This document shows, piece after piece, positions 51,296-61,020 of a stretch of DNA of 64,000 nucleotides. How positions within the stretch are numbered: position 1 is the stretch's first letter; each line of letters opens with the position of its first letter. The notes under the pieces were generated by a model. That model saw nothing but the letters and a program-made list of their open reading frames with translations. It did no database searches and was not told where the DNA came from. The stretch spans positions 2,848,001-2,912,000 of the forward strand of contig CBDBDQ010000005.1 of the NCBI GenBank assembly GCA_965203905.1, written 5' to 3'. Source of the stretch: Spirochaetia bacterium. GTDB taxonomy: Bacteria > Spirochaetota > Spirochaetia > SZUA-6 > Bin103. The position numbers and the translations under genes were made by a program.

Positions 51296-52404
51296 AGCGC
51301 ACGTCGAAGCGGCCCTCCGAGGAGCGGCTCTACGTCGCGTCCCAGTGGCAACTGTTCCGCTGGAAGCTGGCCCGACACCGGGTGGCGATGGTCTCGATGG
51401 TGGTGCTGGGGATCTTCTACCTGGCGGCGCTGTGCGCCGAGTTCGTGGCGCCCTACGATCCCAACGAGTTCGACAAGGACCTGGTGCTGGCTCCGATCCT
51501 GCGCCCGCGCTTCATCGACGACAGCGGCAAGCTGCACCTGCGGCCGTTCGTGTACCGGCTGGAGAAGTCGGTGAACGAACACTGGCAGATCATCTACCGT
51601 GAGGATCGCTCGGTGCGGTATCCGATTCGGCTCTTCGTGCACGGCGACCGCTACAAGCTGTGGGGACTGATCCCCGGCGATCTGCACCTGTTCGGTACCG
51701 ACGAGGGGGTGTTCTCGCCCCTGGGCCGGGACCGGGGAGGGCGCGACCTGTTCTCGCGCATCGTGTTCAGCAGCCGCGTCTCGCTCACCATCGGGCTGCT
51801 GGGCGTGGCCCTGAGCCTGCTCATCGGGATCATCCTGGGTGGGATATCCGGCTACTACGGCGGCCGGCTCGACCTTCTCATTCAGCGTCTCATCGAGGCG
51901 CTGCAATCGATTCCGACGATCCCGCTGTGGATGGGCCTGCGCGCGGCGCTGCCGTATCACTGGTCGATCACCGCCACCTACTTCGCCATCGTGGTGATCC
52001 TGTCGCTGGTGGGTTGGACCGGCATGGCGCGGGTGGTGCGCGGCAAGTTCCTGGCGTTGCGCAGCGAGGACTTCGTGGTTGCCGCGCGCATTGCCGGGGC
52101 CAGGGACGGCGCGGTGATCTTCGGCCACCTGCTGCCGTCGTTCATCAGCCACATCATCGCATCGGTCACGCTGGCGGTGCCGGGGATGATCCTGGCCGAG
52201 ACCGCGTTGAGCTTCATCGGGCTGGGGATGCAGGCGCCGGCGATGAGTTGGGGAGTGCTGCTGCAGGAGGCGCAGAGCATCGAGACCCTGGCCAAGGCGC
52301 CCTGGATATTGACGCCGGCGATCTTCGTGGTGGTGAGCATCCTGGGCTTCAACTTCCTGGGCGACGGCCTGCGCGATGCGGCCGATCCGTACGGGAACCT
52401 GTAG
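51292..52404 (+). CDS. Peptide/nickel-type ABC permease (DppC/OppC-like)
   Basis: LG.D..GRDLFSRI; ARVVRG..L.LR.EDFV.AA; NFLGDGLRDAADP. Confidence 0.93.
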   Translation: MKRTSKRPSEERLYVASQWQLFRWKLARHRVAMVSMVVLGIFYLAALCAEFVAPYDPNEFDKDLVLAPILRPRFIDDSGKLHLRPFVYRLEKSVNEHWQIIYREDRSVRYPIRLFVHGDRYKLWGLIPGDLHLFGTDEGVFSPLGRDRGGRDLFSRIVFSSRVSLTIGLLGVALSLLIGIILGGISGYYGGRLDLLIQRLIEALQSIPTIPLWMGLRAALPYHWSITATYFAIVVILSLVGWTGMARVVRGKFLALRSEDFVVAARIAGARDGAVIFGHLLPSFISHIIASVTLAVPGMILAETALSFIGLGMQAPAMSWGVLLQEAQSIETLAKAPWILTPAIFVVVSILGFNFLGDGLRDAADPYGNL

Positions 52405-52492
52405 CGGCAGCGTGCCGGGCGTGCCGAAAGCGGACGTTCGCAACTGGTGGGCGGACGGCGGGCACGGCGGGCAAAACGGCGGGCGCACGCAT

Positions 52493-52521
52493 TTGACAGG
52501 TGGGTTGGGCCGGGATAGGTT
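52493..52521 (+). promoter_or_regulatory. Internal sigma70-like promoter for the substrate-binding protein gene
   Basis: TTGACA-N17-TAGGTT; three ACGGCGGGC direct repeats (52455-52484) lie just upstream. Confidence 0.55.
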
Positions 52522-52615
52522 GGGCAAGTTTCGTTCCGGACCGTGGGCCGAAAGAAACACTCGCAGGCTGGCAGCTACCGGGTCCGTGGTTCGTTGCACA
52601 CGAGGAGGTGTTTGC

Positions 52616-54628
52616 ATGAAACGTGGTATCGCAATTGTGGCAGCGCTCCTGGCAGTTGGCGGGCTGGCGTTTGCCGCCGCGGCCGGGGAGAGCGCCGCGA
52701 GCGCTCCGATGGAGGAGGCTCCGACCGGGCTCTATCCGGAGCACTGGCAGTTTGCCGATCTGGAGGCTATGGCGCTCGTAACCGGCAACATGATCACGGA
52801 GTTCCACGAGGCTCCAATGCTTGCCGAGATGGTTGCCGCGGGCGAGTTGCCGCCGGTGGACGAGCGCGTTCCCGCCCAGCCCCTGGTGATCGTGCGCAAC
52901 GAGATCGGATCCTACGGCGGAACCCTGAGAACCGCACACGAGGGCACGGTAACCGGCGTCGTGCTGACGATCGGGAAGTTCATGGAAGAGTTCGCGCTGT
53001 CGTGGAACCCGGAGCTGACCGAGACCGGCCCGAACATCCTGCGTGGCGTGGACGTGTCCGCCGATGCTACCGAGTTCACCTTCCACCTGCGTGAGGGCAT
53101 GAAGTGGAGTGACGGCGAGCCGTATACCGCCGACGACTACCTCTTCATGTACGAAGCGGATGCCAGCAACGCGGAACTGCGTCCGAACGGCCTGGGACAG
53201 CTCAAGATCGGCGGCGAGATGGGCGTGCCCACCAAGATCGACGACTACACGGTCAAGTGGACGTTCCCGTCGGCGTTCGGCTACTGGCCGATGATCCTGG
53301 CCCAGACCTGGCAGATCGTCGCGCTGCCGGAGCACTACCTGAGCCAGTTCCATCCCGACTATGCCGCCAAGGCCGACCTCGACAGTCGGATCAAGGAAGA
53401 GGGCTACGAGGACTGGGTGACCCTGTGGAGCTCGAAGAAGACGTGGGTGATCAACGAGAACCCCGACATGCCGAGCATCCGGAGCTGGCTGGTGCTCACC
53501 GACGGCATGGCGCCGGTCAACCGGATGGTACGCAATCCCTACTACTGGAAGATCGACCTTGCGGGCAATCAGCTCCCCTACATCGACGAGATCGAGAGCG
53601 TGCTGGTGGAACGCGAGGCGATGAAGCTCAAGGTGATTGCCGGGGAGATCGACTACATCACCGGCGAGCTGCTCGACCTCTGGTCCGCGGAGACCTACGC
53701 GCTGCTCAAGGAGTACGAGGAGCAGGGCAACTTCACGGTACGCACCTCGCGCGGCGCGGTGATCAACATCGGGTCGATCAATCTCAACCTGACCCATGCC
53801 GACCCCTTCTACCGCGAGCTGTTCAACCAGAAGGACTTCCGGGTAGCGCTTTCGGTCGGTGTCGATCGCGACGAGATCAACGAGGTCGTGTTCCGCGGCT
53901 CGGCGATTCCGGCGCAGGTCGGCCCCACCTACAAGGACGACGGATGGTCCGACACGTACATGGTGTATACCGAGTACGACCCGGATGAGGCGAACCGGCG
54001 GCTGGACGGCCTGGGCCTGCAGTGGAACGGCGACCGGTCCGCCAGGCTGCGCCCCGACGGCCAGCCGATCAAGCTGGTGGCGCTGGTGGAGAGCTGGCGC
54101 ATCGGCGCGGTGGAGATGACCGAGATGTACGCCCAGACCTGGAAGGATCTCGGGCTCGAGGTTGCGGTGAAGCCGATGGTGCCGGGAGGCCAGAACCCCG
54201 AGCGGGACGAGGGCAGGTACGAGATGATCGTCGGCAAGTCGTACGGCGGCAGCGCCACGGCTCCGATCATAGATGACGACGAGCTGGTGCCGTACGCCGG
54301 CGGCTACTGGGCGGTCAGCAACGAGTGGGCCGCCTGGGTGATCTCCGGCGGTGAGGAAGGCGAGGCGCCCCCTGCGGAACTGCAGGCGGACGTCACGCGG
54401 CTGTGGGAAATCGTCAACGAGTTCCAGCCGGAACCGGACGCCGCCGTGCGCGAGGGGATGCTGCAGGAGGTGTACGACATCAACCTGAACCACCTGTGGA
54501 CGATCGGCGGCATGAACCAGAACCCGGACCTGACCTTCAACCCCTACAACAACAACCTCAGGAACGTGGTCGGCAAGACCTACGCCTGGCAGGCGCACGT
54601 GCCCGCGGGGTGGTTCTACGCCCAGTAG
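52616..54628 (+). CDS. ABC substrate-binding protein family 5
   Basis: Signal peptide; EAPML..V..GELPPVDERVP..P; LREGMKWSDG.P.TADD; RNPYYWK.D..GNQLPYID. Confidence 0.92.
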   Translation: MKRGIAIVAALLAVGGLAFAAAAGESAASAPMEEAPTGLYPEHWQFADLEAMALVTGNMITEFHEAPMLAEMVAAGELPPVDERVPAQPLVIVRNEIGSYGGTLRTAHEGTVTGVVLTIGKFMEEFALSWNPELTETGPNILRGVDVSADATEFTFHLREGMKWSDGEPYTADDYLFMYEADASNAELRPNGLGQLKIGGEMGVPTKIDDYTVKWTFPSAFGYWPMILAQTWQIVALPEHYLSQFHPDYAAKADLDSRIKEEGYEDWVTLWSSKKTWVINENPDMPSIRSWLVLTDGMAPVNRMVRNPYYWKIDLAGNQLPYIDEIESVLVEREAMKLKVIAGEIDYITGELLDLWSAETYALLKEYEEQGNFTVRTSRGAVINIGSINLNLTHADPFYRELFNQKDFRVALSVGVDRDEINEVVFRGSAIPAQVGPTYKDDGWSDTYMVYTEYDPDEANRRLDGLGLQWNGDRSARLRPDGQPIKLVALVESWRIGAVEMTEMYAQTWKDLGLEVAVKPMVPGGQNPERDEGRYEMIVGKSYGGSATAPIIDDDELVPYAGGYWAVSNEWAAWVISGGEEGEAPPAELQADVTRLWEIVNEFQPEPDAAVREGMLQEVYDINLNHLWTIGGMNQNPDLTFNPYNNNLRNVVGKTYAWQAHVPAGWFYAQ

Positions 54629-54652
54629 GCGTGTAGACAGTCCGTTTTTTTG

Positions 54653-54683
54653 AAGACCCGGCGCGCCCCCGCCGGGTCTTTTT
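54653..54683 (+). terminator. Intrinsic terminator
   Basis: AAGACCCGGCG-loop-CGCCGGGTCTT followed by TTT. Confidence 0.75.
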
Positions 54684-54717
54684 CGTACCGGCAACTCATG
54701 GAAGAATCCAGGCTGAC

Positions 54718-56172
54718 ATGATCATCAAGAGCAACCCCGGCCACGTCGACACCGAGCGCGTCGTGCTGTTCCCGTTCGACGACCATGGCCTGCCGTTCCG
54801 CCAGGGGCTGCGGCTCCACCTGGTGAGCTTCAAGACGCCGGTGGACCGCACCCGCATCGTGGTCCCGCTCGGACCGCCCGGCGCGCCCGACAGCAAGCGC
54901 GTCATCTACTACGGCACCGTCCTGCGCGTCGGCGACGAGCTGTGGATGTGGTACCTCGGCCAGGGCGACGACGACCACTGGCATCAGCGGGTGTGCCTGG
55001 CGAAGAGCCGCGACGGGTACAACTGGGAGAAGCCGACCCTGGGCCTGGTGGAGTACCAGGGCTCCACGCAGAACAACCTGGTGGACATGCTCGGCGGCGC
55101 GCACTCGATTGTCGCCTGCGTGGTGTACCACGACCCGGACGACCCCGATCCGGAGCGGCGCTTCAAGGCGGTGATCGAGACCAAGGATCGCCCGCAACTG
55201 TTCGGGGTGCTGTTCTCTCCTGACGGTTTGCGCTGGCGCGAATTCGACGTCGGACCGGAGACCCCGCAGTGCGAGCCTGCCGGCGGCACCAGGTTCAACG
55301 GCTGCTACTACCTGAGCGCCCACGGCGGCCGCCACTTCGGCGCGCCGCGGCAGTTGGTTACGTATGTCTCATATGACTTCGAGCACTGGATCGAAGCCTC
55401 CTGCCTGGGGTTGCGCCGCGACGACATTCCGCCGCGGCCGTACCGGGAGATGTTCGCGGGCGGCGAGCAGGTGCACATAGGGGCGGCGCTGTGGAACCGC
55501 GGCAACGTGATCGTCGGCCTGTACGGCCAGTGGCACGGCCCCGCCAACAACGACCGCCGCCACGTCGAGATGGACCTGGGACTGGTGGTGAGCAATGACG
55601 GGCTGCACTACACCGAGCCGATCCCCGACTTCCCGATGGTGGCGGCCGCCGAGGACGGCATGAACCACCTGCCGCACCCATGGAACTTCAAGCACGCCGC
55701 CCTGGCCCAGGGGCAGGGCTTCGAGAACATCGGCGACGAGACCCTGTTCTGGTACGCGCCTTGGCCGGAGCAGTTGAGCGACGGCGTGCGCGTGGCCACC
55801 TGGCAGCGCGACCGCCTGGGCTACCTGCAGCCGTTCGATCAGCGCAAGTTGCAGGTGGCCAACGGCTGCCACGTGATCTCCGCGCCCATCGACCTGGGTG
55901 ACAAGCCGACGCGGGTGTTCCTGAACGTGGACGGCCTCTCCGAGTACGCGCAGGTCACCGTCGAGGTCCTGGACGAGCAGTTCCGGCCGCTCGACGGATA
56001 CTCGCACCGCGAGTGCCTGCCGCTCGAATCGGGCCTCAAGCAGCCGGTAGCCTGGACCAACCGCGAATTCGTGGAAGCGGCGGGTGGCTCGATCCGGATC
56101 CGGCTCAACTACACGGGAATCCGCCCCGAGGACCCCCGCCTCTACGCCATCTACGTGGAACCCGGCGCGTAG
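54718..56172 (+). CDS. Hypothetical glycoside-hydrolase-like beta-propeller protein (related to 6445..7992)
   Basis: YYGTVL...MWY, AKSRDGYNWEKP.LG, DPDPERRFKA, SPDGLRW and VATWQRDR. Confidence 0.7.
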   Translation: MIIKSNPGHVDTERVVLFPFDDHGLPFRQGLRLHLVSFKTPVDRTRIVVPLGPPGAPDSKRVIYYGTVLRVGDELWMWYLGQGDDDHWHQRVCLAKSRDGYNWEKPTLGLVEYQGSTQNNLVDMLGGAHSIVACVVYHDPDDPDPERRFKAVIETKDRPQLFGVLFSPDGLRWREFDVGPETPQCEPAGGTRFNGCYYLSAHGGRHFGAPRQLVTYVSYDFEHWIEASCLGLRRDDIPPRPYREMFAGGEQVHIGAALWNRGNVIVGLYGQWHGPANNDRRHVEMDLGLVVSNDGLHYTEPIPDFPMVAAAEDGMNHLPHPWNFKHAALAQGQGFENIGDETLFWYAPWPEQLSDGVRVATWQRDRLGYLQPFDQRKLQVANGCHVISAPIDLGDKPTRVFLNVDGLSEYAQVTVEVLDEQFRPLDGYSHRECLPLESGLKQPVAWTNREFVEAAGGSIRIRLNYTGIRPEDPRLYAIYVEPGA

Positions 56173-56312
56173 CCCGAACCGTCGATACCGGCGTGGGCGT
56201 CGGCGGCCGCGCCGGCCGCGGCGCCGGCCCGCCCCATACGGCGCAGGCCGTTCGACGAGCAGACGCGGCAACTCCGACACACGCGCGAACGGGTCGTTGG
56301 TTGGGGTCGCGC

Positions 56313-56342
56313 TTGACACGGATTTGGGCCGGCCTCTACACT
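56313..56342 (+). promoter_or_regulatory. Sigma70-like promoter ~550 nt upstream of the next large gene
   Basis: TTGACA-N18-TACACT. Confidence 0.65.
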
Positions 56343-56686
56343 CGTTCGCGAATGGGCACTGACACCATCCAGCCCGACTACCGACTAATAGCCGCGCAGC
56401 AGCCGACCTCGCGGCGCCGGTGCTGAGCGCGGCACCATCGATCGGTGTGGCGCACTGCCGCCACGCATCCGCACGTCTAACGGCCGACAGCGTCGGCCGC
56501 AAATTCCACCGGTCCACAGCAGCGTGCGTAGCGACACTCGCCGGTACCTCTATACAGACAACTGACACATCTGTGCCCGACCACAGTTGTCGACGACAGA
56601 TGCTCGCGAGCCGCGCCACCGGCTGGTCCGATGGCCGAGCCAGCGTCCTTCAAGCTCCCCAAAATAGCTCAAGAAAGGAGGTGCAA

Positions 56687-56722
56687 ATGATTCTCAAAGA
56701 GCCGGAGGCGCGCGCGACGTGA
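56687..56722 (+). CDS. Putative upstream mini-ORF MILKEPEARAT (11 aa)
   Basis: Near-perfect SD AAGGAGGT 4 nt before the ATG; overlapped and followed by a long hairpin. Confidence 0.4.
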   Translation: MILKEPEARAT

Positions 56723-56889
56723 GCCCGGGTGAACTACGGGCCTGGTTCCCACTCACCCGGTGAGTCACACGCCGCGCGCTTCTGACAACTTGACTCAGAC
56801 TGGCAGCCTGCGTTGCAGGCGTGAGAGTAGCCAGGGAGCGGCAGTCCGCTCCGCAATATTCTCAAAAAGACAAATTCAAGGAGAATACC

Positions 56890-58716
56890 ATGGCCTATAT
56901 CGTAAGCATTACAAGGGCCTTCGCGGTTGCGTTGGTCCTTGTCCTGACCGCAACCGGCCTGTGGGCCGCTGGCGCAGAAGAGGCACCGGCAGCCGCCGCC
57001 GAGAAGGAAATGGTGCTCGACCCGACCACCGGCGAGATGGTGGAGGCCCCACGCTATGGCGGGTCGATAACCGTTCTCAGTCATGATTGGGCTCCTGCGA
57101 CTATGGACCCGTATTTTTCGGCCCCTCAGGCCCTTCAGTATCTCACACAGGTTTTGGAGAAGCTAGCCATTGGCGACTGGGGAATAGATAGGGACGTATA
57201 TGACTGGTCTGGCCCCCCGGTTTTTCCTATGAGTGCCATGCGAGGGGCGTTGGCGGAAAGCTGGGAGATCTCCTCGGACAACCTCACCTTTACCTTCAAC
57301 ATCCGCCAGGGCGTTCACTTCCACGATAAGGCACCGGTGAACGGACGCGAGATGACTGCCAAGGATGTAGAATATAGCTTTCACCGCATGTTGGGAAATA
57401 AACTGACAGGGACCGAGTTCAGTGACACCGAACCTTCCCCCCACATCGGTACTTGGAAAACTAGAGAGGTCGAATCGGTAACGGCAACGGACCAATGGAC
57501 GGTTGTTTTGAAGCTGAAACAGCCAGACCCCATGGCCCTGCGGGATAGCATCGACACGAGTGTGTTTTATGTGATTCCAAGGGAGGTAATCGACACATAC
57601 GGTGACATGAAGGATTGGAGGAACGCGGTCGGCACCGGACCCTTTGAGATGACTGAGTATGTCGAGGGCAGCTCTATAACCTATACCAAGCATCCCAACT
57701 ACTGGAGCTTCGACGAGAAATTTCCGCAGAACCGCCTGCCCTATGTTGACGAGATGAGGTTCTTGTTCATGACGGAGCCAGCAACACGAATTGCGGCGCT
57801 GCGCACGGCTAAGGTCGATCTCCAGGGCAGTCTCACGTACGCGCTCAAAAACAAGGACGACATGGAGAGGCTGCAACGGACCAACCCTGAAATCGTGATA
57901 ACCGAGCATCCTAACCGGTCGGACTATGGTATCGGCATGAACACGCAGAAGGCGCCATTTGATGACATCCGGGTACGCAAGGCAATGCAGATGGCACTGG
58001 ACCGTGAGACACTTCACAATACCTACTTCAAAGGGTGGGGAAGCTGGACACCTCATTCATTGCTAGCCAACGATATGCCAGTGGTTGGCACCGCATTTGA
58101 AGAGTGGCCCGAAGAGCTCAAGAAAATCTATGACTACGACCCGGCTGAGGCCGAGAGGCTCCTTGATGAGGCGGGGTATCCGCGCGCGGCCGACGGCATC
58201 AGGTTCAAGCTCACAATGGGACATTGGGACGGGGGCGATCTGGACTATGCACAATTGGTAGCCGTTACCTACTATCGTGACATTGGCGTTGAAATAGAGG
58301 TTGAGCCAGTGCCAGGTGCGGAGTGGGCCAGTTACATTAACGCCGCACAGTGGGACATGTTTGGTGGTATGACAATGGCGGCGAAATATGGTAATCCCTT
58401 GGGTTTCTTGAGTCAGCTCGGGACTGGCGCTTCTGCCAACCGCTGCAATTGCGCCGATCCCGCTTATGACGCCATTTTAGAAGCCGCCGCAGGTGCCGCC
58501 ACGGAAGAGGAGTTTTTGCTGCAGGTGAGAGAGCTGATTGAGCACATGAAAGAGCAGGTCTGGTTCGTATCGGGTCCGCAAATTCCATTAATAGGCGTGC
58601 ACCAACCGTGGGTCAAGGGTCTCAACAACGAATTTTGGCTGGGATCCAACAAGACAAATGCCATCGTCCCCCGCCTCTGGGTCGACCAGGAGTTGAAGGC
58701 AGCGATGGGTTTTTAG
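56890..58716 (+). CDS. ABC substrate-binding protein family 5
   Basis: RBS AAGGAG; signal peptide ending LWAAGAEE; PRYGG; LAESWEIS; IRQGVHFH; GTGPF; PFDDIRVRKA. Confidence 0.92.
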   Translation: MAYIVSITRAFAVALVLVLTATGLWAAGAEEAPAAAAEKEMVLDPTTGEMVEAPRYGGSITVLSHDWAPATMDPYFSAPQALQYLTQVLEKLAIGDWGIDRDVYDWSGPPVFPMSAMRGALAESWEISSDNLTFTFNIRQGVHFHDKAPVNGREMTAKDVEYSFHRMLGNKLTGTEFSDTEPSPHIGTWKTREVESVTATDQWTVVLKLKQPDPMALRDSIDTSVFYVIPREVIDTYGDMKDWRNAVGTGPFEMTEYVEGSSITYTKHPNYWSFDEKFPQNRLPYVDEMRFLFMTEPATRIAALRTAKVDLQGSLTYALKNKDDMERLQRTNPEIVITEHPNRSDYGIGMNTQKAPFDDIRVRKAMQMALDRETLHNTYFKGWGSWTPHSLLANDMPVVGTAFEEWPEELKKIYDYDPAEAERLLDEAGYPRAADGIRFKLTMGHWDGGDLDYAQLVAVTYYRDIGVEIEVEPVPGAEWASYINAAQWDMFGGMTMAAKYGNPLGFLSQLGTGASANRCNCADPAYDAILEAAAGAATEEEFLLQVRELIEHMKEQVWFVSGPQIPLIGVHQPWVKGLNNEFWLGSNKTNAIVPRLWVDQELKAAMGF

Positions 58717-58750
58717 GCGTTTCACCCGTTGTGGCTGACCTTGAGGAAAG

Positions 58751-58793
58751 AGGGAGCTGGGAGGCTCAGGCTTCCCCAGCTCCCTAACCTTTT
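58751..58793 (+). terminator. Intergenic stem-loop (terminator or mRNA stabiliser) after the substrate-binding protein gene
   Basis: AGGGAGCTGGG...CCCAGCTCCCT followed by AACCTTTT. Confidence 0.6.
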
Positions 58794-58829
58794 CCCGGAT
58801 GATATGGCTGGAGTAATGAGGTCTATCAC

Positions 58830-59840
58830 ATGAGAGCCTATATCATCAGGAGGTTATTGCTCATAATCCCCACCTTGTGGATATTGAGCATCCTGGTCTT
58901 TCTCTCGGTCCGCTTCATCCCCGGCGATGCAATAGACGTGTGGGTGGCTAGGATGGCGACCTATGGCGAGGCCATCCAGGACTTTGAGCGTGAAGATTTT
59001 GAGCGCTTTCTGGGATTGGACGTGCCTGTGCACGTGCAGTATGGACGCTGGATAGGAGTGCTGCCGAGCCCTGACTGGGTTACCGGTGAGTTCCACTTTA
59101 GAGGTCTCCTCCAGGGCACCCTTGGCGAATCAATAGGGGGCAGCGCCGCTTCGATAGAGGAAAGGCTAATAGGTAGATTGCCGGTTACCATTCAGCTTGG
59201 CGGCATGGCAATCGTAATCGGGCTACTGATAGCCCTGCCGGTCGGCATCTACTCGGCGATTCGCCAGGATACGGCCGCCGACTACGTAGGGCGTACCGCG
59301 GGGATCATCGGCATGTCAGTGCCTAACTTCTGGCTGGCAATTATGGTCATGATCTACCCGGTAATCTGGTGGGGCTGGTCGCCACCGCTGGAGTGGGTTG
59401 CTTTCACCGAAGACCCACTGGGAAGTCTCAAGGGGTTATTCATTCCCAGCCTGATTCTGGGGACGGGAATGTCTGCGGGCACGATGCGGTTGACGCGCAC
59501 CACGATGCTGGAGGTGCTTAGGCAAGACTATATCAGGACCGCCTGGTCCAAGGGTCTCAATGAGAGGGTAGTTGTTGTGAGACACGCCGTCAAGAATGCC
59601 CTCATCCCGGTAGTTACTGTGATAGGCATGCAGTTGCCTCTGCTGGTAGGTGGCTCCGTTATCATAGAGAACATATTTAACCTGCCGGGGGTGGGTCGTC
59701 TCTTTCTGACCGCACTCACTGAGCGAGACTACCCGATGGTCTCCGGAGTCAACCTGTTTTTGGCGACCGTGATTGTAGGGACCAATCTGATCATCGACCT
59801 GGTTTATCCGTACTTGGACCCCAGGGTCCGATACAGCTAA
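58830..59840 (+). CDS. Peptide-type ABC permease (DppB-like)
   Basis: MRAYIIRRLLLIIPTL; MLEVLRQDYIRTAWSKGL; DPRVRY. Confidence 0.93.
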   Translation: MRAYIIRRLLLIIPTLWILSILVFLSVRFIPGDAIDVWVARMATYGEAIQDFEREDFERFLGLDVPVHVQYGRWIGVLPSPDWVTGEFHFRGLLQGTLGESIGGSAASIEERLIGRLPVTIQLGGMAIVIGLLIALPVGIYSAIRQDTAADYVGRTAGIIGMSVPNFWLAIMVMIYPVIWWGWSPPLEWVAFTEDPLGSLKGLFIPSLILGTGMSAGTMRLTRTTMLEVLRQDYIRTAWSKGLNERVVVVRHAVKNALIPVVTVIGMQLPLLVGGSVIIENIFNLPGVGRLFLTALTERDYPMVSGVNLFLATVIVGTNLIIDLVYPYLDPRVRYS

Positions 59841-59857
59841 AGGGGGGGATCGGGCAT

Positions 59858-60808
59858 ATGAGCGACGCCACAGGGATACCATTACCAGTAAACGAGCCAG
59901 AGAGACGTAGCAGGTTGGCTGATTTCTTTATCAGGCTGGTCAGGGAGAAACCGGTGGGTACTGCCAGCGGGATTGTCATATTGATATTGATTTTTGTCGC
60001 AATCTTTGGCGGTGTTCTGACTCCTTATCCATATGATGAAGCACACATTTCTGACATGATGAAGGGTCCATCAGCCCAGTATCTGCTGGGTACCGACCAG
60101 TTGGGGCGAGACTTATTGAGCCGCATAATCTACGGGGCTCGTATTTCGATACTTGTCGGTCTGACAGTGACCACTATCAGTGTTGCCACCAGTACCCTGA
60201 TAGGCGGCACTTCAGGATTCATTGGTGGTAAATTGGACCTGGGTGTGCAAAGATTTGTCGATGCCTGGCTGGCTTTCCCGGGACTGCTCCTGCTGTTGAC
60301 GATGATGTCCATAGTCGGGCGAGGTCTGCCGCAGATAATACTGGTCCTGGGGATATCAGGAGGCATTGGCGGCAGTCGAGTAATCAGAGGCGCCGTGATC
60401 GGCATCAAAGAGAATGTGTATTTTCAGGCGGCCGACGCCGTTGGCTCCTCGAGATTGCGAACATTCATGCGCCACGTGGTGCCGAATATCGTGCCTATCG
60501 TGATCATAATGTTCAGCGTGAGCATAGGCGGCGTAATCCTCGCTTTGGCTTCTCTGGGCTTCCTCGGATTTGGTCTGCCTCCCGGGACTCCTGATTGGGG
60601 GGGGCTGCTCAGCCGGGAGGGACGCCAGTATATGGAGGCAGCGCCGCGGCTGGCGTTCTGGCCCGGTCTGTGCCTGACTATCACCGTCTTCAGTCTCAAC
60701 ATGTTCGGCGACGCCGTGCGAGACCTGCTCGACCCGCGGCTGAAGGGCGGTGTGGGTCGTCTGGGCGCCGATAATCGCGCCGGTTCGGTACGCGCACGGG
60801 GAGCATGA
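59858..60808 (+). CDS. Peptide-type ABC permease (DppC-like)
   Basis: LGTDQLGRDLLSRIIYGARIS; NMFGDAVRDLLDPRL. Confidence 0.93.
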   Translation: MSDATGIPLPVNEPERRSRLADFFIRLVREKPVGTASGIVILILIFVAIFGGVLTPYPYDEAHISDMMKGPSAQYLLGTDQLGRDLLSRIIYGARISILVGLTVTTISVATSTLIGGTSGFIGGKLDLGVQRFVDAWLAFPGLLLLLTMMSIVGRGLPQIILVLGISGGIGGSRVIRGAVIGIKENVYFQAADAVGSSRLRTFMRHVVPNIVPIVIIMFSVSIGGVILALASLGFLGFGLPPGTPDWGGLLSREGRQYMEAAPRLAFWPGLCLTITVFSLNMFGDAVRDLLDPRLKGGVGRLGADNRAGSVRARGA

Positions 60809-61009
60809 AGGGTACTGCTCAGCGCATACGCTGGCGGCGTGCTACGCGACGTTGACCGCCCTGCCATTGGAGACGCGTATCGTGCCCGGAGAGGCGGGAA
60901 GCTGCAAATGGACTGCGCGCGCCAGGTGGCCGCGGACCAGATCCTTTCCTGCAACGTGTCTCATTTCGACCGCTTCCAGGTGCCCGGTATCACGATCAGG
61001 GAACAGTAA
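60785..61009 (+). pseudogene. PIN-domain (VapC-like) toxin relic
   Basis: Fragments GYCSAHTLAACYATLTALP..RIVPGEA and, in another frame, DCARQVAADQILSCNVSHFDRF...IREQ* resemble the middle and C-terminal segments of PIN toxins; the N-terminus is missing. Confidence 0.55.
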
Positions 61010-61020
61010 TCGGGATTACG

